A stretch of 63,997 nt of DNA, counting the filler, from Bonamia ostreae (Eukaryota): NCBI GenBank assembly GCA_040357525.1. It is 11 parts of 11 records of this genome, joined end to end, with 100 filler letters (N's around TTAATTAATTAA, not from the genome) between each part and the next. Parts side by side here need not be neighbours in the genome. Positions count along the whole stretch, not along the records: positions 11,863 to 17,656 come from JBDODL010000163.1; positions 17,757 to 23,549 come from JBDODL010000164.1; positions 23,650 to 29,429 come from JBDODL010000165.1; 8 more parts are not named here. The stretch is one strand, 5' to 3'. This document shows positions 11,863-24,805 of this stretch, piece after piece. A program made the translations under genes and the position numbers. The notes beneath the pieces were generated by a model. That model made no database searches and was not told the origin of the DNA. It saw only the letters and a list, made by a program, of their open reading frames with translations. Numbering within the stretch: position 1 is the first letter of the stretch; every line of letters begins with the position of its first letter.

Positions 11863-13068
11863 TTGAAATGTCGCTGAAAATTTTCGTTGTTGTCGGTAAC
11901 TTGAACTGGTGAAAACTGTCTGTCGGAGTTCAGAGGCAGCAAATTTAGTCTGAAGATATTTTGTTCTCTTATTGTCACTAAAACTATTTTTGGAAAAACA
12001 TAAATAGAGAAAAGCGATCCAAAAAATTATAAAAAATATTTTCGCCCCAAAACTGTCGAGATCGCCTATTCCGAGAAATATGTACATTGCAAAATGTATC
12101 AAAGTCGCTTTGTTGCAACAATTACGATTTTTGTTAAATTTATTTTTGAAATTTTCAAGAAAACCAGATAAAACCATTTTCGAATTTGTGTCTTTTCGCC
12201 GAAAACCAGAATTAACGACGAACGAACTGACGCACATTCCGATCGCAGCAGAGGCGCAGACGAGAACGAAAGCGCTTTTCTTCGGAATCGAAACGATATT
12301 AAAAATCGACCCGCTCTTAAATTGAATTTAAATAAGTGAAACGATCAAAATATTCAAAAAGTAAAAAATGAAGAGGACCGAGCTGATCGAAGCCATCGAA
12401 ACCAAAATCTTTTCGTTATAACTTAAAAACCGCTTCAATGTTGTCTCGCTTGAGAAAATGTCGAGTTAGAATCAATTCGACGATATCTAAATTTTAGTTT
12501 TATAACATGAAGCGAAGAAAATCGATATTCCGATCAGATCAACCATTAACAATTTGAAACTGCCTTAAAACTCAAGTTTGAAAACTGGCTAAAAACATAA
12601 TGGCTACAACGAAAATAGCCAAAACCGAGAATTTCATGTCGAATCGTTTTGTCGATTTCCGAATTAAATCGAGCGAAAAGTAGATCAAAGTGAATCTTTA
12701 GAAAAAAGATTAGCAAAATCGCTACTAATTAGCCAAAGATTTAATGAACCTCAACGGCTCCAGAAAAACGGCTGCAGCAATGGAACAGAGAAAATAAAAC
12801 GAGAATAAAAAAGTGGTCAGAAATGTTTGTTGCTTTTAATTACAAATTTTACGTCGATTCTGATATTGCTAAATTTTATTTCGTTGTTCGCCGATGGGGA
12901 AAACCAATAAAAACAAGTCGCTGCCATCGACAAACCAATCGGCGAAATGGCTAAAAAGAGTACTGTCGGAGTGGACAGTACTCCGTAAAGATGGCACAAC
13001 GACGTTAGAAAGATCGATTCCAACACGCAAAATAACAATCGGCCATTTATTGGATATTCTGAAATCAT
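11863..13068 (-). CDS. Multi-pass membrane protein of unknown family, spliced, 3' truncated
   Basis: Hydrophobic ORFs 12817-13068 and 11815-12237, with hydrophobic coding stretches between them. Confidence 0.45.
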
Positions 13069-13193
13069 GGCTAATTTTCTGATTTAGGAAGGTCCTATTG
13101 ATATATAATGCTTTGCTTAATGTTCAATGGCTTTGCATAAATTGGACAAAAATGGTCTGATTTTTGCTTAATATTCAAAATTTGCTAAAAAAT

Positions 13194-13742
13194 TTAATCG
13201 TAAACGAAATCGTCTTTGTAAGCAAAAACGCCGTCTTTGTTAAAGGCGGGTTTGTGTTTGTTGTTTTCCACGACAAAGATGTTTTCCTTTGGGATTCCCA
13301 AATGTTCATTTAGCACAAAGGAAATTTTTTTTTCGTCCCGAAACATTACATAAATTTGCTTTTTGTAAACCGAATTGCATTGCAAATTTTTTCTAAGCAG
13401 TGCCAGAACCGATTTTACAGAAAAGACTAAAAATTTAAGTGGAAAACAAGGCAGTTTGCAGAGATTTGTTATTTGCGTTGCCACTTTTTGATTAAAATTG
13501 ATCCTCTCCAAAAATATTCTGTAGTTTTCTCTAGAGTCCACGCATTTGTTAAGATTGACCGAATATTTGCAGTATTCGAACGGAAGAGTGCAAACTTTGC
13601 AATAAAAGTTTGGCTCAAGCAAATTGCCTTTATCGTCTCTAATTCCTGGAAAATCAGCAAAATTTCGCGCGAAAATTTTGCAAACTCTGTTTTTCGTGTG
13701 ATTATCGTTTAATATTGATTTTTTAAGTAAAAGTTTGATCAT
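13194..13742 (-). CDS. Divergent DENR/Tma22-like (SUI1 domain) protein, intronless paralog
   Basis: FYCKVCTLPFEYCKYS Zn motif followed by a degenerate SUI1-like region. Confidence 0.6.
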   Translation of the reverse strand: MIKLLLKKSILNDNHTKNRVCKIFARNFADFPGIRDDKGNLLEPNFYCKVCTLPFEYCKYSVNLNKCVDSRENYRIFLERINFNQKVATQITNLCKLPCFPLKFLVFSVKSVLALLRKNLQCNSVYKKQIYVMFRDEKKISFVLNEHLGIPKENIFVVENNKHKPAFNKDGVFAYKDDFVYD

Positions 13743-13819
13743 TTTGTGTAAAGTTTTGCTAATTTTAGGATTAAAATTTATGGCGACGATGTTAAAGATG
13801 GCTTAAAATGGAATATTAT

Positions 13820-14312
13820 TTATTCGTCGAAAACATTGACCATTTTGCCCATTTTGCTGAAAACTGGTTTTTTCTTCGATTTGATTCCCGCATAAAATAT
13901 CTTTCTGGCGGGGACCTTTAGTTCGCCAACCAAATATTCAACCAGTTCTCTCTGCTTTACCGCTTGTATTAGCAATTTGCCTTCCGTCACATTAATTCCG
14001 CAATTTAGCAATTTCTTGAGCGATTTGGACAGTTTTGATTTGTCGACACCTTTTTTGTAATAAAGTTGCAACCGGTTTTGATTAAAAGTTGCAACCGGGC
14101 GCCTCCAGCAGTCCGGAAACCAACATCGCTTCTTTGTTGTATTTGCGTCTTGATATTTGTATCAATATTTCGGTTGGAAAGTTTTGGTCCTCCGGTTTTT
14201 TCCATTTTGCTTTTTCGCACTGTTGCGGGTTTTCGCCATTTTTGCAATATTCGACTGGAAGAGTGCATATCCGGCAATATTGGATAGACTTTGGAAACGC
14301 TTCTTCGGACAT
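13820..14312 (-). CDS. DENR: DENR/Tma22-like translation reinitiation factor (SUI1 domain)
   Basis: YCRICTLPVEYCKNG...ISRRKYNK...VSGL|...LSKSLKKLLNCG..V...LLIQ. One intron at ~14050-14095. Confidence 0.7.
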
Positions 14313-14416
14313 TAAATATCGACGATTTTATATAATTTAAAGCTAAAATATGATTTTTCGGATTTTAATTATAATATATGACAAAGCAAGATTAATTCAA
14401 AAATTCTAATATTTAA

Positions 14417-17400
14417 ATGGTTCTTGCTCTTTTTGGTGATTTGGGCGAGAACATAATCTTAAAGAACGAAATGTCGCAAGATCGCAATTTATTGAATAAT
14501 CATATAAAAGAATTAACAAACTGCAATTGCATCGATGGAACTATTTTCAAACAGACATTTAGTCGAATTTCTGCGATATTGAATCATTTTGACGATTTTG
14601 CGCTTAAAGATTTTTATGAACAGACCGTTTTAAATTTGCCGCATCGTTTTTATAAAATGCAATTTTTCAATAAAAAGAAATTTCTTCTTTCCAAACCGAA
14701 GTCAGCCTCAAATCAAAATTTGCAAAATCTGGAAAAAATGACCAAAACAGAGAAAATTTTATAAGAACATTAGTAAATCTCAAAATAATCGATTCGTTTT
14801 TATGTCGATACCTCAAAATTTGCGATTTTTTGGGAAAAGTCGGTTGCAACAGCCATTTCAACTCTCTTTTGACGACAATGCAAACTTTACTGAAAACGGA
14901 AAACAACGACATTTTTAAAGTTTTTACGAGATCAAAATCTTCAATTATAAAGATCGCGATTTCAATAGTTGAACGATTTTTTAAGATGCCGAAAAGCAAA
15001 AAATATTTCTTATTAATCCAAAAAGCTCTCAATAACATCAAAACGAAAACTTTATCTGCGATGATATCAAATTACCCCGAAAACCGAAAATGCGTTGAAA
15101 CGGTTTGGACTTTGTTTGGCAATGAAAATTATTTATTAAGCCACAAAATCAAAAATCTGTACAAAATAGTTATAAACGCACTAACAAATCAAAATTACGG
15201 CCACAAAGAAGATTTGCTAAACTTTGTGTTAAAATTTGATGTTCAAGTTGATATTGAAAAAATGTCTGACGCTTTTACAAATTTCAGCCCATTTCTTATC
15301 TTCACGTTTTTAAAGATCTGTTCAAACCATTTTGACAAAATTTACAAAAGCGAAAATTCGTCTTTCGGCAAAATGATCTTGCGCGTACACAATTTTGTGA
15401 TGACGCAAATTACACAAAACGATTCTGAGAATTACAAAGAAAAGTGCATTTGTCTCCTCATTATCTCAGAATGTCTGTCAAAAAAGTACTTTGATATCGT
15501 TTCGGTAAAAACGAGATTTGGCGATATTATAAGATTGCTTAAAGGTCTCTGCAAAATCGACAAATTGAAGCCTGAAGATTTGGTGTCTATCCTAAAGACG
15601 ACGAAAATTTTGCTTAAAAATAAAAACTGCGAAAAAATAATAAAAATCGTTCAAAAATTTGTCTTTTTTGTGGTTCAGAATTTGGGCACTGCGAACAAAT
15701 TTGATTTGTTTTTCGAAAACGAAAAAATCGTTTTGAACTTGTTCGATTGTCTAATTAAAATTGATGTCGAAAACAAAAACTTCCAAAATTTGATTTTGTT
15801 TTTTGAAAAGTTGCTGAAAAGTTTTGTTTTTAACAAAAGACGAAAAATGTTGCAAATTTGAAAAAATTTTTGAAAAAATGGATTTGGTCTTGGATAAATT
15901 TAATTTGAAAAAAGTGGATCTGAAAAATTTTTATTCCGATAACGCTCAGAAATGCCTTGTTTTGACTGAAATAATGTTTTTTTTAATATTTTGAGAATTG
16001 AGAAAAATATGACAACTTTGTTCAAAACGTCTCAAAATTTGATCGATTTGGCGTTTTTTGATCCGAAATTTATCGAGAACAAAGCATTTCTTCTAATAAA
16101 ATTTTGTAAACTTTGTGATAAAATCAAATCTAAACAACAAATAAATTTATTCTTCGCCATCTTTAAACACACAAAAAACATTGTTTTAATTTGATATTTG
16201 AAAGAAAAATAACGAAGATTATTTGATAAATTTTGCAACAAAAATTTTAAGAACAACAAAAAATCAGCGACTTTTGCACTATTTTGCGCAAAAATTTTCG
16301 ATTGAAAAACTAGATTTTGTTTCGTTCATCGATAAAATATCTGAAAATGTAAAAAATTTGGAAATAATCGCTAAAAGATCGTTCTTAATTTTGCTGAAAA
16401 ACATGGCGAAGAATAATTTGATAGATCAATGTTTCCCGATCATCAAAATTTTTATCTTGTCGATCAAATCCACTCAATTAAAAAATATCTGTTACAGCCA
16501 ATTGTTGTTCCTTTCTTCTTTTTTCGAGTTTTATCGTAACAATAATTGCTTAAAGATGTACAGACACAAAAAACTTGTTGAGCACGTTTGGTGATAAAAT
16601 ATTTATTCTGATATTTTTTGAGTATTATCGAGACGAAGAAAATTTCCACGAGATAACTGGAATTCTGTTTAATCAAAGTTTAAACGAATTTCTAAAGATG
16701 AACCAAAAAAGCATTTTCCCTCAAACGGTAATAAATTGCGATTTGGAAGCGCTCAAATTTGTTTAAATTTTTTTGAAAATTAGCTTTTTAAGCAATTTTA
16801 GAAATTTTGAAAATTCTTTTCAAAATTGAAAAAATTTGCTTAAAATTACGTCATTTTGGTATAATTGTAAATTTTAAGTTGACCGAAAGACTAAAAAACG
16901 ACCAAAAAATTTCCAAAAATTTTTCAAAATCGATCAAATTGGCTCTAAACCTTCAAAATTTTGGAAAATCGATCCAGTTTTTGCAAAATCTTTACAAAGA
17001 AAATTTTGAAGATTTATTGCAAAAATGCGTTCCAAAATATATCTTCAATGTTTATTTTGCAAAATTTTTACAGCTCGCTTGCAATTCGTTCTCTAAAACT
17101 GAATTTTCAGAAAACAGCAAAATTTTGCTAAAGCTTCTGAAAATAGATTTTGGAACAGACGGGGAAACGGCAAAATCTTCAAAATTTTCCAATTTTATCG
17201 AAAAACATTTCTATTGCGTTTTCAATTACAAAAAAATAAAAAAGTTGATCGAAAAATTCGCAAAAGGAATCCAAAAGAATCCCGGGAAAAACCTCAAAAT
17301 TTTGCGAAAAATTTTAAAAATAGTCAATAACGAAATGATTTTCGCTTTCGCGCCTAGAATTTTGACGATATTAATGTCAACGAAAAACAATTCGAATTTC

Positions 17401-17656
17401 AAAAAGCGAATTGAAAAAATTTTGGTCGAAATGATTCCAAAGCTAGACAAAAACATCGATAAATTCATGTTACCGCTAATTGTTGTAGCGGAAAAACATT
17501 TTATTTTTAGCAAGAAAATTGAACAAATATTGTTTAAAAACGAAAAGATCAAAGACAAAAATAGCAGAATTATCGTTTTTTCGATTAAAAATTAAAACAG
17601 ATCCCTTTTGTCCCATCATGCATTGAAGACAAAATATTGAAGACGAAAATCGAAAA
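14417..17656 (+). CDS. Large helical-repeat protein, possibly the ATR/Mec1 N-terminal region (UME-like segment); 3' truncated
   Basis: Chain of Leu/Phe/Lys-rich exons. The segment LKILRKILKIVNNEMIFAFAPRILTILM...IPFVP weakly recalls the ATR UME domain. No kinase domain in the contig. Confidence 0.35.
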
Positions 17657-17756
17657 NNNNNNNNNNNNNNNNNNNNNNNNNNNNNNNNNNNNNNNNNNNN
17701 TTAATTAATTAANNNNNNNNNNNNNNNNNNNNNNNNNNNNNNNNNNNNNNNNNNNN

Positions 17757-18385
17757 CTATTCTTTCTATGTTAGCTATCAGAAATCTGTTTCGCACAACG
17801 CGAAATTCAATTTCATTGCACAAGTGCACCAAATCGTCAAACACTTTTTTGACCGTTTCGACATCGGTTGTTTTAAGAAAAAACGTTTCCTTCTTTGAAC
17901 AAACGGGTCTTAAACTTGCAGTAGCGCCCATAAATTTCTTGCATACGAAATCGGTTTTCTGCCCATATTTATAATTCTGTCTTAATTTGACTTTGGCATT
18001 CTTTGCTACCAGAAAAGGAGCTTCATCATAATTATCGGCTATAAATTCTCTCCATTTCGGTTTACAAGAATCCTTGTTGGCTTTAAATGAAAAAATTATA
18101 ACATTCGCATTTCGTATTATCCAAATCGGTAACAAAATCATTATTGTATTCTGTTTTGTTGCCAGAACAAACGCCTATAACTTCTTTTGTCATGTATGTA
18201 TCGTCAAAGACGATGTATAAATTTTCGTCGAGACATTTTATTTTAAAAGATCCATCATTTTTGTTATCCAATGTCAAGTGGTAATTTGGACCAAAATTTT
18301 TGACATAAGTTCCACATTGAATTTTAGATTCCGCATTCAAAATGTGAACAAATGTCGATATTATTATTATGGCATTGATCGACAT
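17757..18385 (-). CDS. Secreted Cys-rich protein (signal peptide), 3' truncated
   Basis: MSINAIIIISTFVHILNA signal peptide. A 22-nt intron near 18081-18102 joins CE|SNKDSC. Confidence 0.65.
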
Positions 18386-19044
18386 TTTAATTAAATTGTT
18401 TTTTAAATTAATTAAATTATTTTAAATACAATAAATTATAATTCAAAAAACAATTTATTTTATATTAAATACATTCTGGCAAACTATACAAATACTTTTA
18501 TACATTTCATCAACACTCAAATCATTTGAAAACACTTTTGTTAATTTGTATAATTTTTTTGCCTAACAGACGAAATTCAGGGGGTTTACCAATGTAAGAT
18601 TCAATGCATTTATTTTTATCTCAGATGATTTTACGATCTTATCGGCCCTGAAATCCCTCAACGTCTTTAAAGTTAGTTCTTCAATGCGTCTATAGTTGCA
18701 TGAGTTATTTATTAGACGATTGCTTTATTCCTTTAAATAATTTATATTTTTTTATAATTTTTATTTAATTGAATCAAAGAACCAAAAAAAATGAGAAATA
18801 TGATAAGTGGAACGAGCCTCAACAAAAATAGAAAATAAACAACTAAAAAGGAAAGTAAATCTTTTTCGTCGTTTTTAATATTTTCATTTCATTATTATTT
18901 TCGACTTGTTGCATCGATTTGAGTTTTAATCATAAAGCCAAATTTTCGTTTTTATATTTCCATTTTGGAACGCGAGAAAAATACAAAAAATCACGATTCG
19001 TTTTTAATCTGAGCACATATACCCAAAAATCCTAATCGGCTCAA

Positions 19045-21004
19045 ATGTCGCTTTTTAATCTAAAAAACGCAATTGTGATTTTTGTGATTTTTGCACAGAC
19101 AGTCAAAACGGAAACAAAGGCGATAACGATTATCAACGAAAACGTTGAACGCAAAATTTTTATAAACGACAACATAAGTAAATTGATTTAATCAAAGTCA
19201 TCGAAACGCTGAAAATTCGCGCAAAAAACACAAAAAACGAAGCGGTTTCCAAATACAAATTGTCCCTCTACAAAGAATTTCTAGATGACAACAAAATCGC
19301 TTTTGTTGAAGCCAAAAGGGCGGATGAACGCTTGAAAATCGACAAGAAATTCAAAGTTTTGCAAATCCAACAAAAAGAATTCGCGGGATCCGCACGTCGA
19401 CGTCCACATCGAAATACCCGCAAACTCGACGATCGAAATTACGGCCAATTTGCATTACGTCCACTTGCTCAAACCACACCCGGAAGCTCTCCCCATTCAC
19501 TCCGAACCATCCGTCATGATCGAATTGCCGGCCCATTTCGTGACAAGCTACAGAACCCTTTTCCAAACAACCGTTCTGGAAACGACCAAAGCGCTTTTGC
19601 CCAAAATCTACAAAGCGGACGCCCCGCAGCCCTTTTCCGTCCACAGAAGGGGCGCCAGAATCGTCTGCGGGCCTTATCGAGATATTTACCGAGATATCGA
19701 GAACTCGCAAAACGAACCCGGCGAATCGATCAGATTGCGCGCGCAAACCAGATCGAAGCTGCTCGCGGCCCGGAAAGTGAAGCGCTCGATGAAAATAGGG
19801 CTTTGGGGCAAAACTCTCGTTTCCGAGAAAATGACGTTGCACAGCGAAGGGAATCGCCTCGAAGGGGACTATTCCCCCATTTTCGAAGACAGAGACGGCC
19901 GCGCTGTGGAAGAAATAACAGCTTTTCTCCCCAAAAACGCAAAAAGTTTCCGTTTTTGAACAAGTCGAGACATCAAAACCAGAGACGTTTTGGGCTTTCT
20001 CTACGAAATCCGCGTGGAAGAGCTCGGAGAAAACGTCAAGTTGACGATACCGCTTCGGTTCCCGCTAATCGGCGGCTGGAAAACAGCTCTGGAGATATCT
20101 TACCAATTGCCGACGAGCGGGATCTGCGAGTTCGACGCGGCCGGAAAGGTTTACCGGTTGAAGATGGAGTCGGTTTCGATAATACGAAATCTGATGGCCG
20201 ACGAGTACACGCTCGAAATCCTTTTCCCGGAAGGGTCGAGCGACTTTCGGATTCGGAAAAACTTTTTCGAAAAGTTTTTGAGAAATGGCGTGAAAATGGA
20301 GAGAGTGGAAGGTTTCAAAGTCGTCGGCAAAATGACGAGTGGAAAGATATTTAACAAAATGGCGGTCAAGTTCAACGCTGAAAACTTTGTCAGCTCCAAA
20401 AGCGAGCAGATTCTTGTTTTAAATTTTTAGTCTTTTCCGAAAATTGAAAAATCAATGGCAAAAATTGAAAATTCAATGGCAAAAAATGAAAATAAAATGC
20501 CAAAAATTGAAAAATCAATGGCAAAAATTGAAAATTCAATGGCAAAAATTGAAAATTCAATGTCAAAAATTGAAAATTCAATGGCAAAAATTGAAAATTT
20601 GTAAAAAAGATGGAATACAAATTGGCAGCGATTTATCTGTTTCTGAAACCTCTCTTGTTCGCAGTTTACATTTTCTTGGGGATATTTTGCTGTTACTCGA
20701 TTTCGAATATTCTGAGAAGAAGCAAAATTGTCAAAAAGAGAAAAACTGCGATTGAAGGTTTTGACGGTTCGAAGGACAAAATCAAAGAAGATTTTGCAAA
20801 ATTTAAAAAGGGTTTGGACAAAATGTCCAGAAACGAAATCATTCAAAAGTGCGATCATTTTGGATCTCTGTTAAACAATGTTTTTCGATTTTATGTTTTT
20901 AGGTCTTCGAAGACAAAAAGAGAGCGGGAATGCTTTTGAATTTGAAGGGGCTTCGAAAAAGATTTGCAGTTGTAAAAGCCCTTCAGAAAATAAACATTGA
21001 TTAA
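19045..21004 (+). CDS. RPN1: Ribophorin I (oligosaccharyltransferase subunit OST1)
   Basis: Signal peptide, LKPHPEALP, CGPYRDI, KVKRSMKIGLWG, LPKNAKNIKTRDVLG, LRFPLIGGWKT, LFPEGS and a C-terminal TM. Introns at 19178-19197, ~19357-19378, 19946-19969, 20417-20609 and ~20880-20902. Confidence 0.9.
20440..20600. repeat. Intronic 21-bp minisatellite (AAAAATTGAAAATTCAATGGC)n
   Basis: About 7-8 imperfect copies inside ribophorin intron 4; these generate the spurious QWQKLKI/FSIFAIE ORFs. Confidence 0.95.
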
Positions 21005-21302
21005 ATACACAAAAATAACATGGACGGCCCAAATTTTATTAGTCGAAACAATAACTTTTTTCAGATTTGATCAACTTTCAACTGTCTTAAATTTGTCGTC
21101 GTTAAATTACTAGTTGATAAACTTCAAATTGGCAGTCTAAAATATTTAAAATCGGCAAAAATAAATTTAAAATAAATGGCAAAAAATGTATTTAAATATA
21201 TTTATCGAAAAATGGCAAAAAATGTATTTAAAATATCTATAAAACTCGTTTTCTCGTCAAAACGCTAATAATTTTATCACCAAAAACAAAATTACAGTTA
21301 AA

Positions 21303-22429
21303 ATGGTGCTAAATTGCTTATTACTTCTTATTCAAGTTTGCTCAGTTTTCGCAGATTTGGAATCGAATAGCCAAAAATGTCTTTCAATTGACAGAAAAGA
21401 AATTGAAATTAAAGTAAAAATCTTCGTTCCTTTCGGAATTGAAAAATCTTTTGAAAACGTCGATAGCAGAATCGATTCAATGATCAAAACTGCCAATTAC
21501 GTTTTTAAGAAACAAGTTGGGATTTATTTCAATCCAGAAATCTTTAAAGTTCCTAAAAACGTTTTTGCTCATAAACGAAAATACTAATTTTATAAACGTC
21601 AAATTAATTTAAATTCATTGCAAAAATATCGTTTCATTAAAAAGGTCAAAAACTTGTTTAATAGAGAAGAAGTGTGCCAAAAAAATACTCCGTTTTCCGA
21701 ATACAAAGATTCATTTGAAAAATTTTTGAATATTCCAACTGACGATGCAATTATTATCTTGTTGTCTTTGTGTTCTTTTGCTAAAAACGGGAAGATGTAC
21801 TACGAAAATGTTCTCATGGATAGTCCTGTTTATAAAATGGCTATCGTTCAATTTGGAGAAGATGAAGAAAAGAAGTTCACTGTCACTGTTTTATTGAATA
21901 TTTACAAAACTACAAAATGACATTTTGGCTTAAATAAAGTCAAAATCGCCAACATTGATCATTTTCGAGTATTTAAAAATATTTTTATAAAATTAATTCA
22001 AGTTGGGAAATATTCTTGGCGGCAAACAAGACGATTATCCTGATAGTCTTTTCAATTCGAAGATCCCCGAGGTCGTCAAAGATGCGAAAATATATCAAAA
22101 AAATATCGATTTGATATGCACAAGTGCAAAAGAAATGATCGAACATAAAAATAGCGCTCCAACCATAAAAGATGAAGGTTTTTTGTTATAAACAAGTACT
22201 AACATTCTTTGAATTATCATCTTCATTTTTAATCTTTCTAAAATTTTGTCAATTTACAAAAGAAGTTTTGGACGACTCAAGATTTAACAACTTCAAACAT
22301 AAAATCAATGTTGTTAGTTCTATTTGTATCATCATCTATATCGTTGCTATATGTTGTTTGGCTTATTGTTTCTATAAATGGTGCAAAAAATCGAGAAACA
22401 ACAAAAATCGAAAAAAATATTTGTATTAA
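21303..22429 (+). CDS. Type-I membrane protein with a degenerate reprolysin (M12B)-like domain
   Basis: Signal peptide, IDSMIKTANYVFKKQVGI, FTVT|LGNILGGKQD in place of HExxHxxGxxHD, and a C-terminal TM followed by a basic tail. Confidence 0.45.
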
Positions 22430-22782
22430 ATCAATAAAGTCTTAATATTTGTTTAACAAATTTATCTTTTTTTTTACATTTTGCAAAAACAAGAACTTCA
22501 TCCTTATTTTCTTTTTCATTTTGCCTCTTATCGACCAAAAACAAGCACGTTTTGCCATTAAAGCAATAAGCAGACAACCGACCAAATTTTTTGGGACAAC
22601 TCAAAATCCAACAAAATTATAAATTCCGTTTGTTTTATCTTCTTTGGGATCTGTTTTAACAAAATTATTACGAACTCTGCAAAAGATCGAATGAAGAACA
22701 ATATTTTTATAAAATAAAAAAAGGTCTTTTTTACAAATTTTTACAAATTTTGAAAAGCAAAATTTAGCAAAATTTGGTCTAT

Positions 22783-23200
22783 TTATTTTAGCCCATTCTT
22801 CTTTTCCCAATCCAAACGCCATTTTCTAATACGATAATGATCTTTGCAGTGATAATCGAAAACAGTGCAGTTTCGAATCGATCTTTTTTATTTATTTTTT
22901 CTTGCCAACTTTTAACTTTCTGACAAGTTCGGCTTGGCTTGGCGCAATGTCCCCGATTCGTCTTGTGATCGGGGGATGGATAGGTTGATTTATGGCTGTC
23001 AACACAATTGAAACAGGAATGATCACATAAGCCAACAAACAGTGAAAATAAATCATTTTCGATTGATCTTTTACGTTTCGTTGCATTGGAATCGGTCTGT
23101 CGCTAATATACAAAAATCGCTTCGTTTTAATGTACAAAGGACTTACGCCTAAATCGGTTTTTGGTATTTTTAAGCTCCCTAACTTTCTAATTTTAAGCAT
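22783..23200 (-). CDS. Small single-TM, probably mitochondrial protein; possibly COX6A-like
   Basis: Basic N-terminus and one TM helix. Intron 22883-22916 gives LVRK|SIRNCTVFDYHCK. Confidence 0.3.
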
Positions 23201-23699
23201 TTGTATATATTAATAAACTTTTTATTAACGTTTTTACAGAATAGGTTAAGCTTGAAAGGTTAAGGGTTTTACATATAGTTTATCAAGAATTATTGAAATC
23301 AGTTGATTTTCGTTTTGGACTAAAAATTGTAAAATTTTGTGGTTTTATTGAAATAGATGAATTAGATTTTGTTGTTTGGGACAAAAATTAAATTTATTCA
23401 AAGTCAGCGGATATCCAAAAAACAAAAAGATAGAAAACTGATATAACGTATTTTAGATAAAATCGATTTTTGAAATTCTTTAAATTTAGTCTTTATCCAA
23501 AAATAGCAAAAACAATTTTTATCAATTTTATAAAACAAAAAATTGTCGANNNNNNNNNNNNNNNNNNNNNNNNNNNNNNNNNNNNNNNNNNNNTTAATTA
23601 ATTAANNNNNNNNNNNNNNNNNNNNNNNNNNNNNNNNNNNNNNNNNNNNTAAATGAAGTTCAGGATTAGCATTATATTCTATATTTTTAAAATACTCTT

Positions 23700-24330
23700 C
23701 AAGTATTGTTATCTTATGTAATTAATAGTTTATTGTTATTTTTTTTGAAGTTATTTTGTTGTATATATTTTCATTTGTTACATGTTATTATATTTTATAA
23801 ATATGTTTAAAAGTTAATGTTTGTAGATACTTTATGTTTTTTTGAAATTGTTGTAAATTGGGTGTAGTTTTGTAGTAATATTGTGTATCTTAGTTTTAAT
23901 TTAATAATAATTTGAAAAAAATATTTCAGGTAGATTTCTGAATAAATTTAATTAAAAATTTGCTATTGATTTTTTAGTTTGTATTCCGATGATAATAAAA
24001 TGTACATTCTTCGAATATTCTCCATTGATTTATAACTTGACGTTTTCTTTTTTGCACAAAAATTTTTTAAACCATTTTAAAATATTTCCCTCAATCAATA
24101 ATTTTTAAAAATTTTGATTATTTTATAGTTATCGACCTACCGAATTATAAGTTTTGCAAAAGTTATGCACATTTCAAGATTTATTTGATCATTTTAAAAA
24201 TCAGTTATTTTAATGAAAGAGAAAATAATTAAAAATCAGTTGAAGAGAGAATTGTAGAAACGACCAAAAAATTAAGATTTGATGTTAACTTAATTGATTG
24301 GTACATTAATCGTACGTTCATCTATTGAAT
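23700..24330 (-). mobile_element. Decayed non-LTR retrotransposon reverse-transcriptase fragment
   Basis: Frame-broken motifs in the expected RT order: GR(F)ST, FAKTYNSV (cf. F.KAFDSV), IEGNILKWFKKFL, INGEYS, RNLPE (cf. INDLP). Many stops. Confidence 0.5.
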
Positions 24331-24411
24331 TTTTGGTATTGGTTCAGATAAGATGTCCAAACTTTTTATATTAAAAAAGAGTAAATAACTTGTGTAAATT
24401 ATAATAACAAA

Positions 24412-24805
24412 ATGGGCATTATTAAAATTCATCGGTTGGAGGGCAAAATCTACGAATGTAAAAATTGTGAATTGGAGATAACAACGGAAAGACATATTTG
24501 TTGTCGAAACGTTTTCAGTAAATTAAAAATTCAAAGTTTAAAGGAAAACACGGCGTGGCTTTTCTTTTCAACAGGGCCTTCAATCTTATGCAGGACAGCG
24601 AAGTAAAGCGTGTTTTTATTAGCGGAGAAAACAACGTGTGCGACGTCCATTGCTTAAATTGCGGTCAGACCCTCGGCTGGTATTACAGCAAATGCTCGGA
24701 TAGCGCTCATTTTTACAAAGTTTTTAATTTGATTAATAGCTCGGAAAATTCTGCCTCGAAATGAAATTGCTCAAATTAAGAGACAAAATTGCGTATTTAA
24801 ACTAA
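24412..24805 (+). CDS. Yippee-like (YPEL) zinc-binding protein
   Basis: YECKNC...|FKGKHGVAFLFN...CDVHCLNCGQTLGWYY...YK|LGKFCLE, with introns at 24511-24536 and 24720-24739. Confidence 0.9.

Noticed and set aside
18470-18730. Short coding-like stretch between the secreted protein gene and ribophorin I
   Set aside because: Interrupted by stops with no recognisable motif; not enough support to call.
19946-19969. In-frame TGA in ribophorin I as stop readthrough, selenocysteine or an alternative genetic code
   Set aside because: A 24-nt GT-AG intron removes it and restores the expected spacing (LPKNAKNIKTRDVLG); TGA and TAA act as normal stops elsewhere.
19260-20354. 364-aa Arg-rich ORF overlapping ribophorin I, and similar multi-frame ORFs at 29855-30298 and 47371-48393
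   Set aside because: Off-frame or antisense shadows of locally GC-richer exons; the conserved protein lies in another frame after splicing.
20440-20600. CRISPR-like array or repeat protein (QWQKLKI / FSIFAIE ORFs)
   Set aside because: Head-to-tail 21-bp units without unique spacers, inside an intron of a eukaryotic gene; no cas genes.
21888-22002. Possible non-canonical (GT-AA) intron giving IIFELGNILG
   Set aside because: A single canonical GT-AG intron across 21888-22002 keeps the frame, so no non-canonical site is needed.
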